DNA of 63,825 nt, counting the filler, from Welwitschia mirabilis (taxonomy: Eukaryota), in assembly GCA_051453625.1 (NCBI GenBank). It is 6 parts of one record of this genome, joined end to end, with 100 filler letters (N's around TTAATTAATTAA, not from the genome) between each part and the next. Parts side by side here need not be neighbours in the genome. Positions count along the whole stretch, not along the records: positions 1 to 29,782 come from JBOZIK010000001.1; 5 more parts are not named here. One strand, given 5' to 3'. The notes beneath the pieces are model-generated. The model made no database searches. It saw only the letters and a program-made list of their open reading frames with translations, and had not been told where the DNA came from. Of this stretch, positions 13,599-27,200 are shown one piece after another. Both the position numbers and the translations under genes were made by a program. Position 1 is the first letter of the stretch. Every line of letters starts with the position of its first letter.

Positions 13599-14954
13599 TG
13601 TTATGGTATGAATTTATGTAATCTTCAAGTCCTTTAGGTAAACATGTAAATTATATAACTTACACAAACACACACTAGTATAGATGGAATTTCACTTGAA
13701 TGTCATAATCCAATGAAGGCACTAGGCTTAGAGTTAGAGAATTAATTTTCCAAAGTATTTTTAGTTCTTTTTGTCTTATAAAAACTAGAAGGAAATAAAA
13801 AGTAAATGCAGTGCAAGATTGAATGAATAGGAAATGTAGTGAAGGGAAATGGAAATGGATCCTACTTAGATCCTAGTCCTTCTATCAAAAAGAATACTTT
13901 TTCTATAACTTATATCAATTAAGAAGAGCATCCACTAGTTCTTAAAAAACATAAACTATGAGATCCATCCAAGTAAGAATATGCAATATGTGATATGAAA
14001 TGAAATGAAAATGCAATGCAAATCTAATACTACTAACCAAGGACAACCTCAACAAAGGTTTCCCTTATGATCTAAATAAATCACAGATCTATTACATAAC
14101 TATGATCAACTTAAATCATAAGGGACATTCACAACATTAGAATGAAAAAGGAGAAATTGTATTAACACAAATACTATTTTAAATATACATCCACTTAAAA
14201 TCAGAACAACAACACCTCAATGGAAGTGAATCAGCCTAACACTAAGGAGACTCCTTTTTGTAGCACTAGATGGATCTTTTACCCTTTAATCCTTAATTAC
14301 AAATATCTGGTATAAAATATGGAGTAGAAATAAAGAAGGGGAAGGGTTTTTGCTTGAGGAATTAGAGGAAAAACCCTAAAGGTAGAAAACAAAACCCTAA
14401 TAACTCACATGGGTTGTTTGACCTCATTTACAATGATATTTATTTTGAACATGTAAAAATAGTTATCATTCCAACTATTATGGGAATAACACCATGTGTT
14501 ACTTACCTTCATGTATCTCATGTGATGCCATCAGCCCCGTGGATTGTCTGCTCATGTTACTAGTGTCATCATCCTACATGTCATGCGAACAACATAGGGG
14601 ACAACGCCATGCCACATGTCTCCATGTACTCCATGTGTTACTGTCAGCCCTGCAGCATTAGGCCATATCAGTAGTGTTACCGTCTTGTATGTTGTGCCAA
14701 TAAAAAAGAGAAGGATGGTCATCCTTTTCTTCACTCTTCAAGGTAAGTTAATCTTTTGCATCATAAGGTCCTCCTTCCAAATATGCAATATCAGAATAAG
14801 CTTGAGAAACTATAAAAAATGCTAAGGATCACATGTTTCACTGATCATCCTATCAAATATTCATAGTCATCAGTATTTCATCAAAACCTATATGAATGTC
14901 CTAAAAAAGTACCCAAAACATACCATCAAATTCCTACAAATTGTCATCACAACA
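13599..14954 (-). repeat. 5' LTR of copy B (~1.36 kb, LTR family 1)
   Basis: TGTT...AACA termini, adjacent PBS, and homology to 37240-38587 (opposite strand) and 51456-52833. Confidence 0.9.
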
Positions 14955-16504
14955 CTCAATAAGAGATCCTTGAGAAAATCGAATGATTAATACCTCATAC
15001 TAGATACAATAATCTAGATACACATTTTTAAGTCCTAATACTCCAAGAATATACAATGAATAATATGATCTATCATAAGGGTGTCAAAAATACCCATTTA
15101 TCTAAAGGTCCATTTTTGTGACCAATAGGAACCCTTTAGATGGGATAAACCCTCTAAAGCTGCATCTCATACATAATTAGATAGGTCACAAACACAAGCT
15201 TGATTACTCTAGTAGCTCACTCCCATAGCTAGTGGAAATCCTTTAGGTGGCCTGAACCCTAAAGCTACATAATTTATACATTTGATAAGTTTTAAGAATA
15301 GAATTATATTCATGAACAAGTCAATACATGCATAAAGAAACTTATAAGAATAAATAAGATAGTAGGAAAAATTCATGAAGCATGTAAGAGATGCAAGAAA
15401 TAGATGGAAGCACATAAACCATTCAAGAAAATAATTAAAAAACCATAAACCATATGAGAAAGTTTTCAAAGAATTAAAAAACATACAAGAAAGGATTCAA
15501 AAAACTGAAAACCATATGAGAAAGTATTCGAAGAACTGAAAACCATATAAGAATCAAATTAAAATTATAGAAACCATACAAGAAAGAAATCAAAAGAATA
15601 TAAGACCCATACAAAAAATAGATGGACAAGAATCACATAAGAAAATGGATTAAGCCATAAAATCATACCTAAATTAAAACAAATATTTGAGAACTCCTGA
15701 TAATTCCAAGGCTTGAAAGTTTGAAGGCTTATTCAACCTCCAAGGTTCAATAGTGAAGGCTTCTCTAAAGATGAAAGAAAGGAGAGAAGAGGAAGAGGGT
15801 TTTATTTATAGATAAGGTTTGATGGCATATGAAGGGTCACAAAAAGGTCAAGATAAAACATCATAAAGGAGGGTGGTCAAGGTGGCAAAAGTTGGTAAAG
15901 ATTCAGTAACTATCATTATTCCATTCCTTGCTAGACCACTAGTTGCATTTATATCTAAATAATAAATGACAATGCTTATCATGTAATTATTACAATAACA
16001 AGTAATTTCTAAAAACTACCTAAAGCTATTTTCCAGTTAAAACAACTAAAGTACAATAGTTACAATAATTTAACCACTAAGAATCATAATTAAATCACTA
16101 AGAATTTTCAATAAGAACAATATTACTACTACTACAAAATGTGAGGTATTATTGCATAAAATTTTCACAACAAAAATTGCACGACTAGAAATCTTATAAT
16201 GCATACATGCAATAATTTAACTAGCTTGAGGATATATAATAATATTTTTCTATGTAAAATTAAGAAGAATTAAATAATAACATAAGAAAAGAATAATACT
16301 AATGTAATCATTAAAGATCATTCTTGAAGATTATAAAATAATAGTATGCCTTTTACAAAATGAAGGACTTTAAAGTACAAAATATTTTATCATACAATGT
16401 TATCTTAATAAACACAATATCTATATTATTTTGAGAACTCCATAAAACTATTTTCATTAAACTTTCAAGCAAAATACTTGGACTTGAAAAATATATATGT
16501 GATA
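14955..16504 (-). repeat. 5' portion of the 5' LTR of a chromovirus (Tekay/Del-like) element, interrupted by copy B
   Basis: The reverse complement of 15361-16504 aligns with 42209-43336 from the first base (tatcacat / tctcacat). It contains the same ~30-bp subrepeats. Confidence 0.8.
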
Positions 16505-18723
16505 AGATCATACAAGGCCTTCTTAAGTAGATAAACCTCATCTTCATTTCTTTTTATGATAAAACCATTTAGTTGCTTAACAAATATCTTCTCTTCTAAG
16601 TGTCCATTTAGTAAGGCTAACTTAACATTAAGTTGATAATATCTCTAACACTTTTGATTTGCTAATGCCAATAGCATTCTAATAGTGTTAAGTCTTAATA
16701 GTGGTGCAAATGCCTCTAAAAAATACACATTAGAATGCTAAGCATACCCTTTGACAACTAGCATTGTCTTGTGTTTATTGACAAATCCATCAAGGTTGAG
16801 TTTGGTTCTATATAACTACTTTACTTCAATACATTTTTTATGGCCATGTTTATCCACTAAGATCCATGTTTGATTTTTCTCTATTATTATGAATCCATAC
16901 TTATTGTTTTAATTTACTTTGAATCCATTATAGCTTCTTCATAACCTACAAGCTCAAAAATATCTAGGTTACATTTTACATAAATATCAGAAAGTGATCT
17001 TGTACTTATTACAAGTTCATGATCATATGTTTCATCATTAATTGCATTATCCTCTTACTCCTCCTAGATCAATATAAGTCTTGGAGTAAGTTTGATAGGA
17101 TTTACTTCTTTTTTTTTCCCTGAAATTTTAGGTTGTAAGTTCATTGAACTTGATGTCTCTACTAACTATCAACTTTTCTGTTAAAGGTTAATAAATCCTA
17201 TAACTTGTAATACTACTTTAGCCCACAAAAATCCCAACATTTGACTTGTGATACAACTTATCTCTCTTTACATCTAAAATATGGATGTAGCATATGCTAT
17301 CAAACATCTTCAAACTTTTCATAAAGGATTTGTAATCATGCCAAGCTTCAAATAGTATCTTTCCCTTTAGTTTATTTATTGGGAGTCTATTAAGTAAATA
17401 AATGAAGTGTTAATAGCCTCATCCTAAAAATTATTAGAAATTTTCTTTTTAAAAGTAAAACAACTAGATGTCTTCATAATTATCCTATTTTTACTCTCAC
17501 TTTCTCCATTTTCTTGAGGAGTATAGGTTACTCTAAATTGATGCACAATGCTTACATCTTCATAAAACTAACTGAATTTGTTAGAAGTGTATTTAGTTCC
17601 ATTATATAACGTAATCACCTTAATTTTTGAATCATTCCATTCTCAATCTAGTTCTTAAATTTCCAAAAAAAATCATCAATCTTAGAGTTTAATTTAAGAA
17701 ATTAAATCCAACACGTTTTACTAAAATCATTAATAAATGAAATATAAATCCCATTTTCACTAAAATAAAGGGTCTTCATTAGATCACAAACATCAGTATG
17801 GATATGTTATAGCTTTTTAGATGCTTTCTAAACTTTGTTAACTAGAAATGACAATCTTTATTACTTTTTTAATTATCGAATATCACATACTTTAGAGTTT
17901 GCTATAATCGTTGGCATATCCTGCACAAGATTATTTATTTAAATGAAACACAGTTAAGAATAATGAAAATATCCTAATCTTTTATTCCAAAGTTTAGATT
18001 AATCAATTAAACTAGATATGCATAAGAAAAATATTTCTAATCTTAAAAAAAGACACTTATCTTTCATTTATTAAGCACGTATTATCTTTAAGAAATATGA
18101 AATAATTATTTTCTAATAGCTAATCCATAATTAGAAGATTCTAATTAATTTCAAATGCATATAACACATCTAAAATTAGTTTAATACCTATTGGAATTCT
18201 AACTACCATTCCTCCTATTCATTTACTTTCAAATAATTTCCATTACTAATTCTTACCTTTGAGATGCATGTTTTGTCTAGATTCCTAAACATATTTTCAT
18301 CAAAAGGTATGTGGTGAATGTAGCCATTATCAATTAGCCATGCATCATTACTTATGTTAGTTGTAAAACAAATTGTAATAAATAACTACTTCTCTTACTC
18401 TCACTATTTTTCTACAGCTTGTCCTTGATGACTTTGCTATTTATTCTTGTAAACCTTCTCTGTAGGTCCCATTTGTTTACATGACCTACATTAAATGTTA
18501 GGTATAAACCAATAATACTTTTGAGGATGTGATGTATTCTTGTATGTTGGCATGAAGGAAATTTTCATTTATTTCCTCCATATTTATTTCTTAAATATCC
18601 TTTCATATGTCTCCAATCTCTAGTTTGTTTCCTACCTATGTTACCTGGTTGTGCAATTTCTCTTATTATAATTTGAAATGTACATTCAATCACTTCTTAT
18701 TATCAAATTATCCTTCTTTATTC

Positions 18724-19314
18724 TTATGGTTTTAAGAAATTGATAAGATTTGTAAAACTAATCTTTGAAAGATCTCTAAAATCCTTAAGTAAAAATATTT
18801 TTAACTCAAATCTTTTAAGTAAGATAACAAGAACTTTGTTTATGATCCTTCTATTAGTAAGCTCTTTTCTAGGTAATCTGATCTTATTAACTATGGTCTT
18901 GAGTTTGTCTATATAGTCCTTGAGTCTCTTAGATTCCTTCATCACTTGAATATTTAATTCCCTTCTGAGATTCAATATTTGCATTTTCTTTGTCTTTTTA
19001 TTACTTTGATATTCCTTTTTAAGTGAATTCCAAACTTTCTTTGGAGTTTTATAGGTTATTATTTTTGTGAAAAAATCCTTTGAGAGTGTAGAATAGATGC
19101 TGATTTTAGCTTTAATGTTTTTTAACTTCTCCTCATTATGATTTTTTATTTTAGCTAAAGTTGGATTATCTAGTAGTGGTGATGGATCCAAGGCATTTTC
19201 CATCACCTTCCATAAGTTAACAGCCTTTAAATAGACCTTTATCTTAATAGTTAGGGAATCATAGTTTTCTCCAAAAAATAAAGGAGGTGAGGATAGGATG
19301 TTTTTTGAGGTCAT
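18724..19314 (-). pseudogene. Copia gag N-terminal fragment (UBN2/Retrotran_gag_2-like)
   Basis: 196-aa ORF with typical plant Copia gag motifs; the downstream frame is broken. Confidence 0.85.
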
Positions 19315-19405
19315 TAGGTAATTTTTAAGGGTTAGATATTAAGATTTATAGAAAAGGTTCTTACTCTCACAAGCTTCTTAAAAATGAGAGGGCTAGAATA
19401 CCAAT

Positions 19406-19740
19406 TATAGGATATAATATAAGAAACGTAATGAAGATGAGACTAAAAATCATACTTCATTATGAATATGATCTCAAATTTATTCAAGGAAGTAATCTTA
19501 ATAGCTCTAAAACTAATTGCAAAAAATTAGGAAACCAAACTTAATAGCTCTAAACTAATTGCAGAAAAATTAGAAAACTAACTTAACAACTATAAACTGA
19601 TTATAGAAAAATCAGAAAACTAACTCTAAGTTCTTAATTCAAATGCAACAGAAAATTCAAACTTAGACTGACTGCTAACATAATTTTAGCTGACTTATTA
19701 AAATCCTAACTCACTCTAGTAAAAAATGTAATTTTTAACA
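19406..19740 (-). repeat. Probable 5' LTR (~335 bp) of the Copia element, with a ~40-bp internal tandem repeat
   Basis: Minus strand starts tgttaaaa and is followed by tggtattctagc (19392-19403), a decayed tRNAi-Met PBS. About three copies of aacttaatagctctaaactaattgcagaaaaattag lie at 19497-19625. Confidence 0.65.
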
Positions 19741-20899
19741 TTTTTATACTTAAAATGGCATACATGATACTAAATTTCTATGGTAAAAATTGTATTGGCA
19801 ATTTTTGTACTATTTTTATCTAGTATACAAGTCCCCTACATCTACCATGATAATAAAAAATAGTATCAATATTTTCATCTAAACTCGATAGTTAAATTAT
19901 CATATCAACTTGTAATAGCAAACTTTATTTCCTATGAAGGTTTATTTGATTTTGTAGTAACTACAAAATCAACTACAACAAGTGTGGCACACCATGGAAA
20001 TCTTATTTGAAGAATAAAAGTAGACTAATTATTGAATTCCATCTAAATAAGATTTCCATTTAAACCAAATCCACAATATGTTCCTGCATTGTTATTAGTT
20101 AAGGATACCTTTTAAGTTGTAATGGGATTGGTAATAAGGGAATCATTTACTGTGGAATATTTTATACAATACTATGGAAACAAGAGAGCTCAAACTTACT
20201 ATTTTAATTAAAACTATTCTATCCTTTCCCTTTCTTCTTTTTCTACTAATTATCATTATAAATTTGCATATATTTTAGTTCTATTATTTTTGTTTTATCA
20301 TTAAATCTTTTAGGTGCTCTCATATCATTGGTAACATTATATTGGCATGTCAATTTTTTATATGTCAGTTTTCAATGTTGCATTATGAATGCTTGATTTT
20401 GAGATCTTTTGTGTGTTTACCTATATTTGGACTGACAAAGAAAAATAAATGATTTGGTATAGCTTATTATAATATTTAAGCTAGATTATTAAAACTTAAT
20501 GGTGATTTCAACTCAAGGCCTTGACTTCCAAAGGTGAAACCACATAAAGTGTTAAAAATAGGGTGTTACTAGGCTTAAGAAAAATTTCAAAGAAAAGAAG
20601 AGAATAATTCTAAATAGAATTTGAAATTAATCTATTAGAATCTAGTGTGTTAAGCCTAAGTCAGTTAATTTTAATCATGCTTATAAGTTGGGAGTTTCAA
20701 ATTCATGAGTTAAACTTTCATAGTGTTCTCCCTGCTAACTAGTTTAGTGTTTTTTCTATCAACTACTTACCTGTGTATTCACCAATACAAGTGTTTCGTC
20801 ATGGTATAGTTCATTGCAAATACTAAGTGTAGAAGTATTTTTTACATCTTATTCTTTATTTTAAAAATAGATGCATAAAGCCTTGGAAGATGGACACAA

Positions 20900-22250
20900 T
20901 CATGTCTAATTATTTTTAAGTGATTACTAAGTAAGATGTCACTCTACCAACCCACTTTAAGTTTTATGTTCTTAAGCACCTTTGTACAAAAAACTTATAT
21001 CATGGTTGGGAATACTAGAAACATATCCTAACTTTTAGTGATACCTATAGTAGCTTACAAGGCTTTAAAACACTAATAAAAAATGTATGATGGGTTTTTT
21101 GTTATTCTCTAATAATTGTAGTTGAAATGTAGCCTAAACCATCCTTTTTAGTATTTTAGAAGGATCTACATTCTAGAGGCATAACTTTGCATATTTGATT
21201 TTACAAAATTCCCATTATAATTTGACCTATAGTAGGACACAAACTCTTTATGTTATTTAAATAACCCTAATAGCAGCTTTATACCACTTTAAATTTCCTT
21301 TTTCCTTCTTTGACTACATCTTTCACAAATTAAAAGCTCATCATTTTTATATTCCCACTATAAGACTTGGTGTTTAGGCACTATAGAACTTGATAGTTAC
21401 TCCCATACACCACCCAATAGGGGTCTTTTTTATGGGTTTAAGATGACTTTGGCTATACACACAACATTCAAACTAAATATCCTTTATTATTTTGTGGATT
21501 TTCATTTAAATTATGCCCTTTAGCATGTAGTTCAATATTTTCATATGTCCATTAATCTAAAGAAGGTAGGTCTTGTTAAATCTTTTTTCATTAGATAATG
21601 TATTAATTATTAGTAATAATTTATCATACCTCTTATAGAAACTTTCTATTCCTATGAGATATAATTAACTAATATATTAACTTTTAAGCATTAAACTAGG
21701 ATTTTTCATTTCTATTAACTTTAATAAAATTTAAGTGTATCAATTTCAAGAATCATTCTACCACCATCAAATGATGTTTAGCCTCTTTTATGTTCACTAT
21801 AAGTTTAAAATAATGTTTATGGTAACTTACTTTCATTAGCAAAAGGCATTGACAAGAGTAATAATTGACACATTAGAGATTAATCACTAGAATAATGAGT
21901 AATCACAAGGATAACCAAAAATTTTTATCTCACATGTTTAGCCATAGGTAATTGGCTTGCTAAAAATTATATGTTTTACATTTCGTGATTCATTTTTAGT
22001 TAAGAGGAACTCCTTAATACCATAACCACTATTTCCTAATATCCAATTATGAATCTCCCATAAGAAGTTTCACATACATGTGTTTTAGGTATAGATATCC
22101 TTTCTTGTAGAAAGAGATATTCATTAGTGTGTCTGTCAAAGGGCAATGTCAGAATACAATAAAATTTTCATATCAATTTTCTTCCTACATCTACTTTACC
22201 AACATCATAACATCTGGTTTTTTTACCATGTTGATAAAGTTTGTTGCCCA
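20900..22250 (-). pseudogene. Highly decayed Ty3/Gypsy (chromovirus-like) integrase remnant
   Basis: Minus-strand motifs in the expected order: NGHMKILNYML (cf. DGQTEVLNRTL), KKTPYWVVYG (cf. TPFEVVYG), KYAKL...PSKILKR, THHTFFISVLKP (cf. IHPVFHVSxLKP). Confidence 0.6.
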
Positions 22251-23049
22251 AAAGGCTTAGTGCATCATACAAGAAGAATAACACTAGAAGAGTGATAGAT
22301 ATGGTTTTCTATTTTGCAATTACTTAATTAAAATCAATATCTAGAATAAGCATTAGTTATTAAATTCTAATACTATGTTATTTCAAAAATAAAGAAATCA
22401 AAACATAAAGTACACAAGATAATGTATAATGATTCAGCAATATCTACTCCACTTTTAGAGGGAAAACTCCATCATTCTACCCTAGTTTCCTTTGAAACTA
22501 ACAAATAGCAATCATGATATAATGATCTATTTTCTCAAGATAAGGTAATTATTAAATCATATCATTAAATCTTTTGGTTGCAATCAATCACATACAAAAT
22601 GAAAGCTTATCTAATAAGGACGATTAGGCACCTAAAGCTTTGATTCCTTCTTCTTGGTATAAGGCTTACAAATATGTGAAAGTTAGGTACGAGTGTGTTT
22701 CCCCTAAAAATAACTTCATAATGATAGATCAAAAAAAGTTTATGAATGAACTAGATTCCTTTTATACGAATAAGAGAATATTATAGTCATCAAAGATCTC
22801 TAGTTAGTTACCTGTATTGATCCCATAAAAATTACATTTAGATTTTGAACATCTAATAATCTGAAACATGGGTCATACATTGATTACTTTTTAATTGATT
22901 AATGAAACTGATTTGATTTGAATGTGAGCATAATTATATATGATGTCAGCCAAAAGTAGATCAAGCAATCCACATGAGTAGGGAGGTATCCTCACATTAT
23001 AAGATGATGCGTAGCCAGAGGAGATGATGGATAATGATCCTTAGAGGAT

Positions 23050-23248
23050 GAGATTTACAATCAAAAGAAGGAGGAGGAAAAATAATATGGTTTTTCAAAA
23101 ATTAAAGTCTTAAAAATAAGTTAAAAAATAAAAATAAGTAAGATAAGAGAAAATTAAACAAATCTCAAAACCATAGAATAAAAAAGTTACATAGTAATTT
23201 TTATGATGGCTCAGTGATCTAGCCTACTCCACTCTCCAGGGACAACAT
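23050..23248 (-). repeat. SIRE/Copia-like LTR end fragment, interrupted by element C
   Basis: ttttatgatggctcag...gcctactccactctcc resembles tttatagtggttttag...ccctactccactctc in the SIRE LTR at 44750-44790. Confidence 0.4.
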
Positions 23249-24295
23249 TTTTGCAGTGTATATTTGTGTAAGTTTTTATATTTAAAGAGATCTTATAATT
23301 TATAACTAAAATAGATATCTTACACAATAAATCATGCTAGTATATGGAAGTATACCCAAAATGTTGTATTCATGTTGAAATCTATGAGTATGAGACTTAA
23401 GTTGCTTTACAAAAGAATACTAGGAATAAAAAATAAAGAATAATGTAAGAAATAAAAGGTATAATGAAAATAAAAGATACAACTAATCTAAATGAAATGA
23501 AAAAAATGAATTAACTATACTTGCTTTCAGCCTTAACAAAGGCTACCCTTGATAATCTATATCATCCAAGAAATTGTCACCAAATCAAGGGCAACATAGA
23601 TTATAAGGGTCATCAAAGAAACTAACATATGAAAATAAAACAAGATTTATATTAAGAAAGAGTAACAAGCATCTTAGTTATAAAATAGTCAGATCTAAAT
23701 AGAGGATACATAGCCCTCCACTAAGTGCATGTCTTTCTATAACCCTCAAGATGGATCTCCTACCCTTTGATCTCCTGTCACAAGGATTTTCATTGTAAAG
23801 AAAATAAGAAGAAGAGTTGAAGGGGGATTTATCTATAATAACAAATAGCAGAAAAAGACAAATGGTAGATGTGGAAAGGTGTGCTCTTTTATAACTCAAA
23901 AATGGACAAAATGGTCAAGGGTAGATATCAGAGGTAATTACATGTCAGTGTCACCTTGGAGATGATAACACGTTATAAAATATAACTTAGAACGATGACT
24001 CATTGGTGATTCAGTGATCCACATTAGTAATCAGAATCTTGCCTATCATGGGAATGATGGAGGGAATGATAGTCTTCTTTGATTATTTCCTTGAAGAGTA
24101 CTTTAGCATTTTTGTCATTAATCCTTCTTCAAAGATATGTGCATTCAAAAGTGCCTTTAATATATCAAATCTGGATAAGAATTACACATTTCTTAGATTT
24201 CGTCTTGTATCTTAAAAATCCTCATAATTTCACTTAAACTCTTACAAAATAACTCATAAAAATCCATCAGATAACCATAAATTAGCAGTGCAACA
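23249..24295 (-). repeat. 3' LTR of element C (~1.05 kb, LTR family 2)
   Basis: Ends gtgcaaca beside the PPT; the first ~275 bp align with 29507-29782. Confidence 0.85.
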
Positions 24296-27200
24296 TATCC
24301 CCTCCACTTAACCTTTGTCAGTCCTTCATAAAAACTAGGCGGAAAAACCATAATTGCAAGCCAATTTATTTTTCAAAAGATAAATCTAGAAGTTATAAAA
24401 TAGGTTTATAAAACATATCACATAAATGACAAGTAATGCATACTGTATATGAAAATTTAAAAGTTTGATGTTATAAAAGCTCTAAATGAAGTTAAATATT
24501 TTGAAAGTGAACCATGAAAATATGTCCACCCCTCTTATATTGGAAAATAAAGAAAAAAAATTAAATGAAAGTGTGAAGATAGGTAAAAGAAGAAAACTTT
24601 CCAAAATGAAGTGCAAAGCTACATAATGTTAGATTTGAAAAATATAGAGATATGAAATATNNNNNNNNNNNNNNNNNNNNNNNNNNNNNNNNNNNNNNNN
24701 NNNNNNNNNNNNNNNNNNNNNNNNNNNNNNNNNNNNNNNNNNNNNNNNNNNNNNNNNNNNNNNNNNNNNNNNNNNNNNNNNNNNNNNNNNNNNNNAAGGA
24801 AAACATGCTAAGAAAACATAGTAATGACTTTTAAATAACTAACTAAACCATAAAACAAAATAAGAAGAATGAGCATAAGATAACATAAAAAAAAAGAAAA
24901 CTCACTGATCTGATATTCTAACCTAACAGACTCTCATGAAATAAATTATAACATCACTTGATATAGAAAATGCATGAATTAATGTACAAAAATTACGTTC
25001 AATAAGGTAGTGATTATAATGATGCTAAAGTAAAATGATTAAAAAAATGAATGATTAGACCCAAAAATTACTTAAAAATATACTCTCCTACTATTATCTC
25101 AAAACAAACACCCAAATATAGGAATCAAGTAATGCCTCTGATGATACTAGGAATACCATTGATCCCATAGCCTCAAAGTATAAACACACCTTTGTTATCT
25201 ATAATGAGGGGAATGCAACCATATTCAAAGAAGTAATAACCCATAAAGCATGACCAACTTACCTCCCAGTGGAGTTTCCACAACTACTATATTACACTGT
25301 CAAAGTTTCTCTTGAAAACATTTACCCCAGTGTACTTATGATAGGATATCATGGTAACCATTTTTTTGAGATATCACAAATAGAAAACATATTGTCTTTA
25401 TTTCACTCTCCTCTTTTTTTTTTAAAATATAATATTTAAATAAAACAACATTCCACATAACCAAACACTTCCAAAGGATAAAGGTAAAAGTTAGAAGATT
25501 TAAGATAGAAAAGAACACCCTTAAACAATCCAAGATCTTTTTGTCATTAAGAAAAACATCAAAAATAAAGCATCTTCCTTTGAACTGAATTTCATGAACA
25601 TGTGAATGTCCTAAGATTGAATGAATCCAATCTTACCACTATAGGTGCCTAAGTCAAAAGACTAATCATGGAAATAAATACATAAGTCAAGTGTGAAAAA
25701 TGATCAAGTAATACTATAATAACCTCCAAAGGCAAAAGCTAAGAGAAAATTCAGATAGTTTTCTTGTAAAATTCCAAATTTTGCCTATTTATTTCCTATA
25801 ACTCTCAAGCAATCAAGTTAGAAATCTTAATAGAGTTATAAAAATGTACTTTCTTAAAACAATAGAAAACAAAAATCAACATTTTATTGACTATCATTCT
25901 TATTATTATCCAGATGATAAAGAGGACGACAGAGGTAAAGAAAAATATAAAATTATTAAAAAACATAGAAAATTATTAGAAAACTACAAAAATTAACAAA
26001 ACTAACTATTGTTTAACTTATCCTGGGGATGATAAGTGAGACAACAGATTATTATTATAGAAATAGAAAATAAAAACTACAAATAAAAATAAAAACTAAA
26101 AACAAAAAATAAACATAGAGACTCTCAAAATAGAAAACTAAAAAGAAAATAACAAGGCAAAAAATTTTTATTTAATTCCTAGATCTAATTCATATTTTTA
26201 TTAAAAATAAAGAAGAAGGAAAAGTCAAGGATCTATTTTTGTCTCAAGATTTTTAGAGAAATAAACTCCAAATTAGAAATTTACCAATTGATAGAGCATA
26301 AGAGATGTGTAATTATTTTCAAGTAAAATCAATTAGATGAAGAGAGGAGTAATGTAGAGCACTCTATGATACCACATTAAAGCTCAATTTTTGGAAGTTA
26401 AAGGAAGAGAAATGGTAAGTCTAGTAAAAGATTTTCATAAAATGTAAGATTTTTATTTTGAGTATTACAAAGAAAATTATATTTGAGATCATTAGTAAAA
26501 ATTTCCTTGTCCACACTCAAATTATAATTTTAAATTGGTTCATGTAATGGACAATCTTCCTCATAATATTCCTTAAAAAGTTAGACTTCCTTACACTCTA
26601 AAGGTTGTATTTCTTCTTCATTCTTAAGCTGGTCATCACAAATTACATGCTCATTTGATTTCATCTCTCTTTTTTCAAGTGGGTGATATTGTAAAAAAAG
26701 TTGATTTGACATTATCTTCAATGTTCAAATCATCAACTAAATCTTTCTCATCTACATTAAAGACTGTTATTATAAATGTTCTATTTTCAAAATGACATTT
26801 CATTGTTCTTGATCTTGTATCAATGATGTAATGGGTGGTTGCATAAAAGGTTCTACCTAGAATTAAATGATATCCTCTGTTATGCTTAACTTCTATGATA
26901 ATCACATCTATGGGGTAGCAAGACTATTCAATTTGTACTATCAAATCTTTAATGATGCTTAATGGTTTCTTAACTAATGTATCTGTTAATTCTAAGACAA
27001 CTAGAGTAGGCTCTATTCTGTCATCTAAATCAAGTCTCTTACAAATGTAAAGTGGCATAATGTTAACACTCACTTTAATGTTTATTAAATATTTTCTAAT
27101 ATTTTTGTTTTACTCTACAGTAACATTTACCTTTGTTGCTCCTGTATCTTTAAATTTGGGTTATTTTTGTAATACTAAATTTGTGAGGGATTGGGCAAGA

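Larger units (their letters stand above)
7880..14954 (-). mobile_element. Athila-type Ty3/Gypsy copy B: complete 5' LTR, PBS, UTR, decayed gag-pol truncated in the integrase by a gap
   Basis: Colinear with copy A along its length. Protease ORF 10575-10946, RT ORF 9820-10113 (KWKMCIDFRKIN...DGYSGYNQI), IFMDDFSIF near 9690-9720, integrase ~7880-8700. Confidence 0.92.
16505..19740 (-). mobile_element. Ty1/Copia retrotransposon, 5' half: short LTR, PBS, gag, protease, integrase and RT start; decayed
   Basis: gag ORF 18724-19314 (PPLFFGENY...KTPKKVWNSLKKEY...LNLRRE); protease WLIDNGY..H (~18310-18340); LWNKRLG (~17975-17995); integrase HTDVC (~17785-17800); RT ending at VYLLKKALYDL at 16505. Confidence 0.9.

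Noticed and set aside
15420..15660. Roughly 30-bp periodic repeats (mirrored at 43040-43290) that could be mistaken for a CRISPR-like array
   Set aside because: They are degenerate tandem subrepeats inside a plant LTR, with no unique spacers and no cas genes.
20315..20570. Possible small LTR with PBS (gctctcatatca..gtaaca to gggtgttac)
   Set aside because: There is no second copy, TSD or readable coding region to support it.
22363..22900. Possible Copia-type LTR with a decayed PBS (attctaatacta then tgtta)
   Set aside because: The motif resemblance is weak, the far boundary is undefined, and the adjacent coding remnant is Gypsy-like.
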